Assembly (NCBI GenBank): GCA_947627105.1 | Contig: CANQUT010000002.1 | Location: forward strand, 7,625-71,624 | Origin: an uncultured Clostridia bacterium | Lineage (GTDB): Bacteria; Bacillota; Clostridia; TANB77; CAG-508 | Direction of reading: 5' to 3' | DNA length: 64,000 nucleotides | Notes under the pieces: generated by a model | Database searches by the model: none | What the model saw: only the letters and a program-made list of their open reading frames with translations | What the model was told of the DNA's origin: nothing | Shown: in pieces, positions 1 to 10,487 of the stretch | Position numbering within the stretch: the stretch's first letter is position 1 | How the letters are laid out: every line of letters starts with the position of its first letter | Position numbers and translations under genes: made by a program

Positions 1-524
1 ACAATAGTAATAATTTTTACGCCATCTGCTATTTTTAATAATGCTTCTATCATATCTGACTTAACAACAATTTTAGCAACAATTTCTGAATCTGCTATTT
101 GACTTTGAACTTGATTTACTTGTGTTAAGTCTGTTAATGTTACTACATAAGATGCTCTAAAAGGATTGTCTTCTTCATACATTCCAATTAGTTCTTTTCT
201 ATCTTTAAACATTTTTTTAACTTCTTCTAGACCATCTTCTTTTGTTTTGTATGTAACTTTATTTACATATTCTAGGCTTCTTATTTTATTTCCAAGCTCT
301 GTAGTTTGTTCTTCTGTTGCTTCATCATAAATAAAAACTCTCATTCCTTGTTGCTGTTCAATAGTTTTGGTAATATGATTTACATTTTGGCCAACTATAT
401 AAAATATACCAAATATGAACATTGTTGCACACATAATAATTAAAGATGCTATTGTAGATTTTTTATTTTTAAATACATTTCTAAAACCTTCTCCAATTAA
501 ATACCCAAAAATACTATATCTCAC
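1..524 (-). CDS. ftsX: cell-division ABC permease FtsX, N-terminal part (3' end beyond window edge)
   Basis: Open minus-strand frame from GTG at 524 with RBS aaaggtgg upstream. It reads MRYSIFGYLIGEGFRNVFKNKKSTIASLIIMCATMF..., i.e. TM1 followed by an extracytoplasmic domain. It overlaps the ftsE stop. It is absent from the ORF track because it runs off the edge. Confidence 0.8.
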   Translation of the reverse strand, partial: MRYSIFGYLIGEGFRNVFKNKKSTIASLIIMCATMFIFGIFYIVGQNVNHITKTIEQQQGMRVFIYDEATEEQTTELGNKIRSLEYVNKVTYKTKEDGLEEVKKMFKDRKELIGMYEEDNPFRASYVVTLTDLTQVNQVQSQIADSEIVAKIVVKSDMIEALLKIADGVKIITI

Positions 525-1201
525 TGTTATACCCACCTTTTTTATCATCTCTTATGATATTGCCTTCTTCAATTTGAATTACTCTTTTTTTCATTCTATC
601 TACAATATCTTTTGCGTGTGTTGCTACTACTACTGTTGTTCCTCTATTATTTATATCATTTAAAAGTGTCATAATTTCCCATGCAGTATCTGGATCTAGG
701 TTTCCGTGTAGGCTCGTCTGCAATTAACATAGATGGATTATTTACTAAAGCTCTAGCAAGTGCAACTCTTTGTTGCTCTCCACCGGAAAGTTCATTTGGA
801 TACATTTTTGCTTTATTACTTAATCCTACCAAAGATAAAACCATTGGTACTTGTCTTCTAATATGTCTTGGTGTAGATCTTACAATATACATTGCATAAG
901 CTACGTTATCATATACTGTTCTATCTGGTAAAAGCCTAAAGTCTTGGAATACTACCCCCATGCTTCTTCTTAAAAAAGGTACTCTTTTTGGTTTTAGAAA
1001 AGTAGTATCTTTTCCATTTATAATAATATTTCCTTCTGTTGGCTCTTCTTCTTTTAAAATAAGCTTAATTAAAGTTGATTTTCCTGAACCTGAACTTCCT
1101 ACTAAGAAAGCAAATTCTCCTTTATCTATTACAAAATTTGCATTATGTACTGCTTCTGTGCCAGTACTATATGTTTTACTGACATTTCTAAATTCTATCA
1201 T
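514..1201 (-). CDS. ftsE: cell-division ATP-binding protein FtsE; 228 aa only if a +1 shift occurs at the in-frame CGG 706..704
   Basis: Track ORFs 656..1201 and 514..723 are the two halves. It has Walker A GSSGSGKST and the signature LSGGEQQRV. LIADEPT joins to GNLDPDTAWEIM when the C of CGG is skipped. Confidence 0.9.
704..706 (-). other. in-frame CGG recoding site (aca CGG aaa read as aca c GGA aac)
   Basis: The codon is in frame with start 1201 (495 nt upstream). The zero frame stops 16 codons later. The +1 frame restores ADEPT-G-NLD. Confidence 0.8.
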
Positions 1202-1461
1202 TTTTTAATAACTCCTATATAGTTTTTTATGAGATTTATCGCTAAAATTTAACGCGTTTTTACATTTTTTTATTCTTACTCTTTAATCATAACAATAAAT
1301 AACATTCTTTGCAATAGTTTTTAAAAGAAAAAACAGAATAAATTAGCTTTTAAATGCTGATTTTTCTGCTTTTTCTCTCTATTTCTTAGTTTTTTAAAAT
1401 TCACAAAAAATTTACAATTAATTAGTATTTATATAATGACTTTTGCAATATCTGCTTAATT

Positions 1462-2391
1462 TTATTGTAATACTTTTTCTACAATAGCATTACTATCTAT
1501 TTTAAAATATTTTAATAGTTCATCTGCTTTGCCTGATTTTCCAAATGTATCTTTTATTCCCATTCTTTCTACTTTTATAGGATACTCTTCTGATAAAACT
1601 TCGCATACAGCGCTTCCTAGACCACCAATTATGCTATGATCTTCTACAGTAATTATTTTTTTGGTTTCTTTTGCACATTTTATAATAATCTCTTTATCTA
1701 TTGGCTTTATTGAAAAAATGTCAACTACACGTACATTTATATTTTGCTTTTGTAATTCTTCTTGTGCTTTTAGTGCTTCTGATACTGTTACGCCAGTAGC
1801 AAAAATAGTAGCTTCTGTTCCATTTCCGTGCTGAATACCCTTTCCAATTTCAAATTTTTGATTTGCATCATATATAACTGGTGTAGCAAGTCTTGCTAAT
1901 CTAACATATACTGGTGCTTTTATTTTTGATATTTCTTCTATAACCCACTTTGTTTGAGTATCGTCAGATGGGCTAATTACTGTCATGTTAGGAAGTGTTC
2001 GCATTAAGCTTAAATCTTCTAACATTTGATGTGTTGCTCCATCTTCTCCTACTGTAACTCCAGCGTGAGTTGCACATATTTTTACATTTAAATTTGGGTA
2101 ACAAATGCTAGTTCTAATTTGGTCATAAGCTCTGCCTGCTGCAAAAACTGCAAATGTACTTACATAAGGAATTTTTCCATAAGTAGAAAGTCCTGCTGCT
2201 ATTCCCATCATGTTTTGTTCTGCTATTCCAACATTTATAAATCTATTTGGAAATTTGTTTGCAAAAATATTTGTTTTAGTTGCGCTAGATAGGTCTGCAT
2301 CTAGTACAATAACATTTTCATTTTTTTCTCCTAATTCTGCTAGAGCTTCGCCATAACTTTGCCTTGTAGCTATTTTATTTTCAATATTCAT
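1462..2391 (-). CDS. transketolase, C-terminal (pyrimidine-binding) subunit
   Basis: 309 aa with typical split-tkt motifs (GIAEQNMMGIAAGL, THAGVTVGEDGATHQ). It lies adjacent to the N-terminal subunit gene. Confidence 0.92.
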   Translation of the reverse strand: MNIENKIATRQSYGEALAELGEKNENVIVLDADLSSATKTNIFANKFPNRFINVGIAEQNMMGIAAGLSTYGKIPYVSTFAVFAAGRAYDQIRTSICYPNLNVKICATHAGVTVGEDGATHQMLEDLSLMRTLPNMTVISPSDDTQTKWVIEEISKIKAPVYVRLARLATPVIYDANQKFEIGKGIQHGNGTEATIFATGVTVSEALKAQEELQKQNINVRVVDIFSIKPIDKEIIIKCAKETKKIITVEDHSIIGGLGSAVCEVLSEEYPIKVERMGIKDTFGKSGKADELLKYFKIDSNAIVEKVLQ

Positions 2392-2439
2392 TTTTAAATT
2401 TTCCTTTCTAGTTTTGTAAAAATTGTTATTTTATAAAAT

Positions 2440-3288
2440 TTAGTTAGAAAAATGCTTTAGTTTTAATTCACTAATTGCTTGTTTGTATTGTTCTTCATTT
2501 GGTGCCTTTCCGTGCCATGATGCCTCATTTTCCATAAATGATACACCTTTTCCTTTTATTGTATTTGCTATAATAACACTTGGAACTCCTTTTTTCTGTT
2601 TTGCACTATTAAAAGCATATATTAAGTTTTCTATATTGTGTCCATCTACTTCGATTACATTAAATCCAAAACTTTCAAATTTTTCTTTAATATCTGTTAG
2701 TCCTCCTACGTCTTCTACTTTTCCATCTATTTGCAAGCCATTATGGTCTAATATAACACAAAGATTATCTAATTTATTTTTGCTTGCTGACATAGCTGCT
2801 TCCCAAATTTGGCCTTCTTCTATTTCGCCATCTCCAACTAAACAGTATACTCTACATCCAGCACTTTCCATTTTAGATGCCATAGCCATTCCAACTGCTG
2901 CTGATAACCCTTGACCTAAAGAGCCTGTTGTCATATCTACTCCAGGTACTTTATTAATATCTGGATGTCCTTGCAAATTGCTTTCTAATTTTCTAAAGTC
3001 TTTTAAAAGATCTTTTGAGAAATAGCCTTTTTCTGCTAATGTGGCATATAACGCTGGAGAGCAATGTCCTTTTGATAGAACAAATCTATCTCTTTCTTTT
3101 GCATCTGGCTTTTTAGGGTCAATATTCATTTGATTAAAATATAAAACTGTTAAAATATCGCTACATGAAAGTGAGCCTCCTGGGTGACCTGACTGGGCAT
3201 TATAGACTTCTTCTATAATGCTAATCCTTATTTCATTTGCAATATTTTCTAATGCTTCTATTTTTGTAATTTTCATTATTAATATCAT
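2440..3288 (-). CDS. transketolase, N-terminal (TPP-binding) subunit (true start probably the ATG at 3276)
   Basis: 282 aa with SGHPGGSLS, LSKGHCSPALYA and GDGEIEEGQIWEA motifs. Confidence 0.92.
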   Translation of the reverse strand: MILIMKITKIEALENIANEIRISIIEEVYNAQSGHPGGSLSCSDILTVLYFNQMNIDPKKPDAKERDRFVLSKGHCSPALYATLAEKGYFSKDLLKDFRKLESNLQGHPDINKVPGVDMTTGSLGQGLSAAVGMAMASKMESAGCRVYCLVGDGEIEEGQIWEAAMSASKNKLDNLCVILDHNGLQIDGKVEDVGGLTDIKEKFESFGFNVIEVDGHNIENLIYAFNSAKQKKGVPSVIIANTIKGKGVSFMENEASWHGKAPNEEQYKQAISELKLKHFSN

Positions 3289-3410
3289 CCCTTTCTTACC
3301 TTTGCTTTGCGATATGTAGCTACAAAGGAATAAATTGGTTTTCTATTCATATTTTATTAAAAGCTCTTTTAAAAGTCAATAGAGAAAGTTGCATAAACTT
3401 TAATTGCATA

Positions 3411-3450
3411 AAAAAGCTGTTAATAGTGCTAGTAATAGTACTATTAACAG
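3411..3450 (-). terminator. rho-independent terminator downstream of the pilin-like gene
   Basis: An 11-bp stem ctgttaatagt/actattaacag is followed by a T-run on the minus strand. Confidence 0.5.
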
Positions 3451-3575
3451 ATTCTAAATAATATATTAAAATTGTTAACACAAGGAAGTATTGAAATTGC
3501 ACAAATTATACCTACCTACAAAATTTTACGTACCCAGTCTCCACACCATGTATAGACATAGTTTACCCAACATCT

Positions 3576-5042
3576 TCATGGATTCCCTTCACCTTTCAGT
3601 TCTATAATTAGAGTGGCTCTTGAGCCGATGGTTGTAGTACCGCTACTAGGATAGTAGTCGTTTCGATAACTTACGGGACAGTTCCCAACGGATGTTCCGA
3701 GAATCACCCCCACGATAAATTCTTTGCCACGCTTCCCTAGCTTCCATTGTCCATTCCCATACATTTCCGGCCATGTCCCATATGTTATTCACTTTATTTT
3801 CATCTTCTCCTTGCGTTATTGGTGTTCCTGTATCTTTTATAATTCTATTTGCATTATCATAAAACCATCCCATGTCCTCGCTATTCTTTACATATCTTCT
3901 TGCCTCAGGGTTAGGACTTCTTAAAAACCAGTGCATAACTTCATCCCATTGGCATCCCCATATCATACCACTTTTTGCTCCTGAACCCGCTTTTTTTACG
4001 TTTTTACTATTTTTATACGCTGTATACCAAGTTATGCCTGTTGTTGGTTTGTTTCCTTGTTTCACTAAAGGTCTTATTGTGGATTCTAGATTTGATGTCT
4101 CGTATCTTCCTATATAAAATCCTCCATACTTTGCTACACTTTTGGCCATATCATAAAATTCCCCTTGCAATTGCTCTAAAAACTTCTCTTTTGTTTTTAC
4201 TGTTCCTTCCACTACTTCGTTCAAATTTGAACTGTTTGCATCATAATCTTTTCCGTTTCCATTAGAATCGCCAGTTACAATTGCCGGCTCCCTATGTCCA
4301 CTGTTTGCATTATATGTTGTATTTGGAGTTTCTTCAGTAAAACTATTTCCAATGGTAGTTGCATATAACTTTCCTACCAATTGTGTGTTGGTTGGTTCAT
4401 GTGCTCCAGCACCGTTCCCATTGCAAGAAAATTTTTCTCCTTCAAAAGTAATTGTAGATCCTGCATGATCTTTACACATTACCATGCTATTTATATTTTC
4501 TACTGGCACCCATACAAACTCATTTCCTGTACTTTTTCCTTCTCCATCTACTTTATCTGTTATTACTATTCCTTCATCTATCTTTGGATTATTGTTATTT
4601 GTATAACTTACATTTTCATTTTTTGTTGGGTCTACTACTGTATAACCTTGTGGTACCCACATATTTTTTTCTCCATCTGTTATTTCTTTACTTTCTTTTT
4701 CTGCAAAACTTGTTCCTTCTGTCATTGCTCCTTTTATTGTTGGAGTTGGTGTAGGTGTTGGACTTGGAGTAGCTGTTGGTCTTGTTGGTGTTGGAGAGTC
4801 ACTAGTTAATATATTGCTTATTTCTTCTACTAAATTTACTAATTCGCTTTGTGCATTATCTTCTGCTTGTTTTACTCTTTCTGCTGCTAGTTTTGCTTGT
4901 GCTATTATTCCATCTTCTCCTAAAACCATTGTTATCGTTACTCCGGCCAATATTAAAAGCACTACTATTGTTACTACTAAAGCTATTAATGTTATACCTT
5001 TAGCGTATTTTGCAGTGCTTAAAAAATTGGGTCTATTTTCAT
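3576..5042 (-). CDS. prepilin-type N-terminal signal protein with Thr/Pro linker and C-terminal formylglycine-generating-enzyme (SUMF1/FGE-sulfatase) fold domain; needs one homopolymer indel and one CGG +1 shift to be full length
   Basis: The motif KGITLIALVVTIVVLLILAGV (pilin-like) lies just upstream of the track start. A PTPTRPTATPSPTPTPTPT linker follows. The C-terminus reads DMAGNVWEWT...RIYRGG then, in the +1 frame, GTSVGNCPVSYRNDYYPSSGTTTIGSRATL. Track ORFs 3646..4962 and 3576..3764 are its pieces. Confidence 0.7.
3697..3699 (-). other. in-frame CGG recoding site (tct CGG aac read as tct c GGA aca)
   Basis: The codon is in frame with GTG 4962 (1263 nt). The +1 frame continues the conserved FGE-domain C-terminus to the stop at 3576. 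Confidence 0.7.
5021..5026 (-). repeat. A6/T6 homopolymer in the 5' coding region of the pilin-like gene
   Basis: ATG 5042..5040 (RBS gaggag) reads MKIDPIF then a stop. One extra T would give MKIDPIFLSTAKYAKGITLIAL..., in frame with the main ORF. Confidence 0.6.
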
Positions 5043-5077
5043 TTAAACCTATTTCTCCTCTCTTATTTAAATTATAG

Positions 5078-5101
5078 CTCTCTCTCTCTCTCTCTCTCTC
5101 T
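5078..5101. repeat. (CT)12 dinucleotide microsatellite abutting the -10 box of the pilin-like gene
   Basis: The tract ctctct... (x12) is read directly. On the minus strand it is (AG)12 followed by c TATAAT (5076..5071), then the RBS and the ATG. Confidence 0.9.
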
Positions 5102-5240
5102 ACTTACACAACGGTTTGCTGTCATTTCAAAATTCCTCCTTTTTTCTTTTTGTTTATTATTTACAGCTTTTGTATTTTTTATTCTGCTTTTTAATGTTAT
5201 ATTTAATAAAACATAAATTAACTTATTTGTAAACAAGACA

Positions 5241-5280
5241 AAATCTTGCTTTTATAAAACTAAAAGCAAGATTTTTTATA
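5241..5280 (-). terminator. hairpin terminator after upp (possibly bidirectional)
   Basis: The stem aaatcttgctttta/taaaagcaagattt has T-runs on both sides. Confidence 0.5.
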
Positions 5281-5395
5281 TTATTCATATTTTCTTACAG
5301 TATCAAGCACTTTGAAGTATCGTTCTAAGTGTTTTTTATTTTGTAACTTATTTGTTACAAAAATGTTATGGAAATGTAATATTTAGTAAATTTTC

Positions 5396-5444
5396 TGACC
5401 TGTCCCTAATTACCCAAAAAGGGAAAAAGGGACTGTCCCCAATT
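5396..5444 (+). repeat. GACCTGTCCC-type paired repeat element, copy 1
   Basis: gacctgtccc and ggactgtcccc lie about 25 nt apart at the 3' end of upp. Confidence 0.6.
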
Positions 5445-6069
5445 ATTTTGTTCCGAAGATTCTATCTCCTGCATCTCCTAAGCCTGGAACTATGTATTTA
5501 TTTTCATTTAAGTGGTCATCTATATGTGCACAATAAATTTGTACATCTGGATGAGCTTTTTCTATTTTTTCAATTCCCTCTGGTGCTGCAATGATAGATA
5601 AGAATTTAATTTTCTTTGCTCCTTTTTCTTTTAAAGCTTCTATTGCATCTATACCAGATCCACCTGTTGCAAGCATTGGATCTAAAATAATAACTTCTCT
5701 TTTTTCCAAATCTTTTGGAACTTTAAAATAATAATTTACTGGTATAAAAGTTTTTTCATCTCTATACATTCCAATATGGCCAATTTTTGCATTTGGAATT
5801 ACTCTAATTACACCATCTAACATTCCTGTTCCTGCTCTTAAAATTGGAACAAATGCGTATTTATCTTCATCTAATTTTCCTGTTTGCATTTTGCAAATTG
5901 GTGTTTCTATTTCTGTTTGTTCTAAAACAGCATCTTTCATTGCTTCATAACATAAAAACATAGCTATTTCACTAACTAGCTCTCTAAATTCTTTTGTTCC
6001 TGTATGTTTATCTCTTAATATTGCTAATTTATGTTCAATTAAAGGGTGTTTTAATTCTATTGCTTTCAT
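5443..6069 (-). CDS. upp: uracil phosphoribosyltransferase
   Basis: 208 aa with [13 protein letters not shown] and [11 protein letters not shown] motifs. Confidence 0.95.
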   Translation of the reverse strand: MKAIELKHPLIEHKLAILRDKHTGTKEFRELVSEIAMFLCYEAMKDAVLEQTEIETPICKMQTGKLDEDKYAFVPILRAGTGMLDGVIRVIPNAKIGHIGMYRDEKTFIPVNYYFKVPKDLEKREVIILDPMLATGGSGIDAIEALKEKGAKKIKFLSIIAAPEGIEKIEKAHPDVQIYCAHIDDHLNENKYIVPGLGDAGDRIFGTK

Positions 6070-6195
6070 ATTATATTACTATATTAGCTTTAAACTATTA
6101 TAAATATTAGTTTAAAGCTAATAATCTCCTTATATTAAAATTTAGGTTTTATTGGTACCTATATCCACAATTTTATTTAATAAATAGTATATTTA

Positions 6196-7545
6196 TTAAA
6201 CTTTCATTTCTTCTTTAGCTTTCTTTTCTGCTTTTTGTTTTTCCTTTGCTTCTATTTCTTCTTCAGATTTTTCTCTTGGAATACAAAGGTTAAGTATAAT
6301 TCCTACTATAGCTGCTAAGCTCATTCCAGAAAATGCTATTGATAAGTCTCCACTAATAATAGAAACTGTTGCTCCTCCTAAGCCAAGTACTAACATAGAT
6401 GCTCCTACTACTACATTTTTAGGATCTTCAAAGTCTATTTGATTTTTAATAAGTACTTTAAGTCCATTTACTGCAATGAATCCATAAAGTAGAAGTGATA
6501 CTCCTCCTAAAACTGCATTTGGTATTGTAGAAACTAAAGCTGTGAATTTTCCTAAAAATCCTATTAAAATTGCAATAATTGCAGCTAAACCAATAACCCA
6601 TACTGATGCAACTTTAGTCATTCCAACTACTGATGTATTTTCTCCATAAGTAGTATTTGCAGGTCCTCCAAGTAAGCCTGCTACAAATGTTGCTACACCA
6701 TCTCCTAGTAATGTTCTATCTAGTCCTGGATCTTTTAATAAATCTTTTCCTATAATGTTACTTAATGATGTATGATCTCCTATATGTTCACATATTGTTA
6801 CTAATGCAACTGGTGCAATTGTAATTAATGCTGCAAAGTTTGGTGTGTAGTTTACAAATGGTATTACAAATTGTGGAATGCTGAAGAATTTAGCTTCTAC
6901 TACTGGTGTAAAGTCTACCATTCCTAAAATTACTGATAACACATATCCTGATATAATTCCTACTAAAAATGGAATTACTTTTAAAAATCCTTTTGCTCTT
7001 GTCATAACAACTGCTGTTACTAAGAAAGATACTGCAGCTACTAAAACAGTTTTCCAATCAAATGCTGTTCCTGCTGCTAAACCTATTTGACCAATAGCAC
7101 TTGGTGCTAGGCCTAAACCTATTATCATAATCATTGGTCCAATTACAATTGGTGGTAATAATTTGTCTAGCCAATTTTTTCCTACGAAGTGAATAATTGT
7201 TGCTACTACAACATAGATTAAACCTACTGCCATAACACCAACCATTGCTCCTGAAATTCCACCTTTTAAATATGCTGCTGCAAGTGGTGCTATAAATGCA
7301 AATGAACTTCCTAAATAAACTGGTGATTTTCCTCTTGTACATAAAATGTAAAGTAATGTTCCTATTCCTGATGTAACTAATGCAACTGGAATAGTAAGTA
7401 CTGTTTCTCCTGCTGCTGAGTTTACTAATATTGGTACTAAAATTGTTGCACCAAACATAGCAAATACGTGTTGAATTGCTAATACAATCCACTTTGGAAT
7501 TGATGGTTTTTCGTTAACATCTAAAAGCATTTTGTTTTCTTTCAT
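6196..7545 (-). CDS. uracil permease (NCS2 family)
   Basis: 449 aa polytopic membrane protein with NCS2-like sequence (NTTYGENTSVVGMTKVAS). It lies upstream of upp. Confidence 0.85.
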   Translation of the reverse strand: MKENKMLLDVNEKPSIPKWIVLAIQHVFAMFGATILVPILVNSAAGETVLTIPVALVTSGIGTLLYILCTRGKSPVYLGSSFAFIAPLAAAYLKGGISGAMVGVMAVGLIYVVVATIIHFVGKNWLDKLLPPIVIGPMIMIIGLGLAPSAIGQIGLAAGTAFDWKTVLVAAVSFLVTAVVMTRAKGFLKVIPFLVGIISGYVLSVILGMVDFTPVVEAKFFSIPQFVIPFVNYTPNFAALITIAPVALVTICEHIGDHTSLSNIIGKDLLKDPGLDRTLLGDGVATFVAGLLGGPANTTYGENTSVVGMTKVASVWVIGLAAIIAILIGFLGKFTALVSTIPNAVLGGVSLLLYGFIAVNGLKVLIKNQIDFEDPKNVVVGASMLVLGLGGATVSIISGDLSIAFSGMSLAAIVGIILNLCIPREKSEEEIEAKEKQKAEKKAKEEMKV

Positions 7546-8090
7546 GTTTTTTCCTCCTTCTTGGAAACTTTTAGTTTCCTAATTAAAATAAAAATTATTG
7601 GGATATGTATTTTTATTTTTAGCAAAAAATAACATAGTTTATATTTATTTTGTATATGTAAAAAGAAAACACTAATAGTAAATATTAGTGTTTTAAAAAA
7701 TAAATATATTTAATAATAAAATAAAAAACAAAATTACAGGGATAGTAGCAAGACTTGCTACTTTTATTTTAGCATATGTAGTTTTTTGTTTTAAAAAATT
7801 TGTCATTTTTTGCACCCCTCGAAAGAATTTTACTATAACTTTTTTTAAAATTCAAGTGTTTTTTTATTTTTTTAATATTTATGATGAAGTTTAGTCAATG
7901 ATGTGTCTCAAAATGTTTAAAATAATATAGTTTAATACCAATATTATTAATAATGCTTTTTTATATTCTAATTTGTCTAATTAAATGCAAATTATAAATT
8001 TAGTGCCATAATTATATTTTTGTGCATATAATTTAGAGTAAATTATCAGAAAGGAAAATGCTAGTATACAATTCTAGCAAGGTTAATAAA

Positions 8091-8979
8091 TTGAAAAAAA
8101 GTTTATTTATCGGCTCTCGGTACTGCTTTAGTTACGCCTTTTACTGAAACAGGAATTAATTACGAGGAACTTAAGAAATTAATTGATTTTCAAATTATGC
8201 AAGGTACAGATGCTATTATTATATGTGGTACAACTGGTGAAAGCTCTACTATGTCTTTAGATGAAAAAAAGCAGGTTATTAAATTTACAGTAGAAAATGT
8301 ACATAATAAAATTCCTGTTATTGCAGGTACTGGTGGAAACAATACTAAAGAAGTAATTTTGCTTTCTCAATATGCTAAAAATGTTGGAGTAAATGGACTT
8401 CTTATTGTTACACCATATTATAATAAAACTACACAAAATGGGTTAATAGAGCATTATAGTAAAATTGCTGAAAGTGTTTCTCCGCTTCCTATTATTTTAT
8501 ATAATGTTCCTAGTAGAACTGGTCTTAATATTGAACCAGATACCTGTTACACTCTTTCTAAAATTTCAAATATTGTTGGTATTAAAGAAGCAAGTGGAAA
8601 TATTTCTCAAATAGCTAAAATTGCTAATTTATGTGGAAATGAGCTGTTTATTTATTCCGGAAATGATGATCAAATACTTCCTGTTTTATCTTTAGGTGGA
8701 ATTGGCGTTGTTTCTGTGCTTTCTAATATTGCTCCTAAATTTGTGCACAATATGGTGTTTGATTATTTAAGTGGAAATTATACTTTGGCGGTTGATTCGC
8801 AGTTAAAAGCAATTCCACTTATAAATAGCTTATTTAGCGAAGTTAACCCCATACCCGTAAAAGCTGCTTTAACACTTATGGGGTATAATGTTGGAAACCC
8901 TCGTCTTCCACTTATTCCAATATCTAATTTAAATGGAAAAAAATTAGAAAATGAAATGAAGAAAATGAAAATTATTTAA
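8091..8979 (+). CDS. dapA: 4-hydroxy-tetrahydrodipicolinate synthase; 295 aa only with a +1 shift at the in-frame CGG 8118..8120
   Basis: TTG 8091 gives MKKSLFIGS, then CGG. Skipping the C gives GTALVTPFTETGINYEELKKLIDFQIMQGTDAIIICGTTGES, in frame with track ORF 8197..8979. Confidence 0.88.
8118..8120 (+). other. in-frame CGG recoding site (tct CGG tac read as tct c GGT act); the only plus-strand example
   Basis: The zero frame stops 8 codons later. The +1 frame restores the conserved DapA N-terminus GS-G-TALVTPF. Confidence 0.8.
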
Positions 8980-9046
8980 ATTTTCTTAATTTTTATTAAA
9001 ATTATGTCGCTTTTTGAAAATATATGTTATAATTAAATTATATTAG

Positions 9047-9625
9047 ATGAAAAAAGGAGATTTTTACTCTATGTTAATTACAAAAGACTTAATCATACAA
9101 AAAAGTTCTTATGCTGAATTCTTTTGTATAATTAAAGATTTAATAAAAAATGAAACTGTACAAAAAATGAAAATATTTAATCAACATGCAAATGTTTCTT
9201 GTTATAAGCATTGTATGCAAGTTGCTTATTATACTTATATTGTTTGTAAAAAATTAAATTTAGATTATATTTCTGCAACCCGTGGTGCTATGTTACATGA
9301 TTTATTTTTATATGACTGGCATACATATATAATGGAAAGTAAAAAATTTACTAGCATGCATGCTTTTAGTCATCCTAAAAGAGCTTTAAAAAATGCAACT
9401 GAAATTTTTAATTTAAATAAAATTGAACAAGATGTTATTTTAAATCATATGTGGCCAGTAACAATTAAAATTCCTCATTATAAAGAAACCTTTATTGTTA
9501 CTCTTGCAGATAAGTTTAGCGCTATGAAAGAAACCTTTTCTTATTTAATTAATTTATTACATACTAAAAAAGCATATAAGTATGCTTATGTATTTTTAAG
9601 TCTTATTGTTTTTAGAATAATTTAA
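9047..9625 (+). CDS. HD-domain phosphohydrolase family protein
   Basis: Contains H...LHD metal-binding residues (GAMLHDLFLYDWH). Confidence 0.6.
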   Translation: MKKGDFYSMLITKDLIIQKSSYAEFFCIIKDLIKNETVQKMKIFNQHANVSCYKHCMQVAYYTYIVCKKLNLDYISATRGAMLHDLFLYDWHTYIMESKKFTSMHAFSHPKRALKNATEIFNLNKIEQDVILNHMWPVTIKIPHYKETFIVTLADKFSAMKETFSYLINLLHTKKAYKYAYVFLSLIVFRII

Positions 9626-9694
9626 TTATTTTTAGAATATTTTTGTACTCTCTTTAATATAATTAAAGAGAGTATTTTTATATTTTAAAGGGAT

Positions 9695-10459
9695 GTGTTT
9701 TATTTGCTTAAAATATTAGTAAATGGAATTAATGGGAAAATGGGAACTGAAGTTGCTAAACTTATTATGCAAAATAAAACTTTGCATTTATTAGGTGGCT
9801 TAGATAAATATATTTCACATAATTTACCATATCGTGTTTTTGATAATATAAATGATATTATTGAAAAGCCAAATGCAATAATTGACTTTTCTATTCCAGA
9901 TGCTACAATTTCTATTCTTCCATTTGCAATTCAAAATAAAATTCCAATTGTTATTGCTACAACTGGCTTTTCTAGTACGCAGCAAAATGAAATTATAAAT
10001 GCAAGTAAATATATTCCTATTTTTCAGAGTAGTAATATGTCGTATGAAATTGCTATTATGAGTAAAATAATAGCTAAGCTTTCTAAAGACTTGCCAGATT
10101 CTGAAATTGAAATTGTTGAAACTCATCATAATAGAAAAAAAGATGCTCCAAGTGGTACTGCTCTAATGCTTGCTAATAGTATAAATGAAGCAAATGATAA
10201 TATTTATAGCTATAATTTTAATAGATTTGAAAAACTAGAAAAAAGAAATCCAAAGGAAATTGGATTTTCTAGTATTCGTGGTGGAAATGTTGTAGGAGAG
10301 CATTCCGTTTTATTTTTTAATGAAAATGAAACTTTAGAAATAAAGCATATTGCTTATTCTAGAACTATTTTTGCTAAAGGGGCTATTGAAGCTGCTAAAT
10401 TTTTAGTTAAGCAAGAAAATGGCATTTATGGTATTACTGACCTGTCCCCAATTGCTTGA
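9695..10459 (+). CDS. dapB: 4-hydroxy-tetrahydrodipicolinate reductase
   Basis: Has GKMG NAD-binding motif and the ETHHNRKKDAPSGTA signature. Confidence 0.92.
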   Translation: MFYLLKILVNGINGKMGTEVAKLIMQNKTLHLLGGLDKYISHNLPYRVFDNINDIIEKPNAIIDFSIPDATISILPFAIQNKIPIVIATTGFSSTQQNEIINASKYIPIFQSSNMSYEIAIMSKIIAKLSKDLPDSEIEIVETHHNRKKDAPSGTALMLANSINEANDNIYSYNFNRFEKLEKRNPKEIGFSSIRGGNVVGEHSVLFFNENETLEIKHIAYSRTIFAKGAIEAAKFLVKQENGIYGITDLSPIA

Positions 10460-10487
10460 AAATAAGCTAATAAAGACCTGTCCCCTA
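10438..10487 (+). repeat. GACCTGTCCCC paired repeat element, copy 2
   Basis: gacctgtcccc occurs twice, flanking the small hairpin gcttgaaaataagc. The element overlaps the 3' ends of dapB and the convergent gene. Confidence 0.65.

Noticed and set aside
7560-8090. Possible lysine (L-box) riboswitch in the long leader upstream of dapA.
   Set aside because: The region is uniformly AT-rich with no conserved L-box core (AGAGGCGC-type) and no stable multi-helix structure that I could see.
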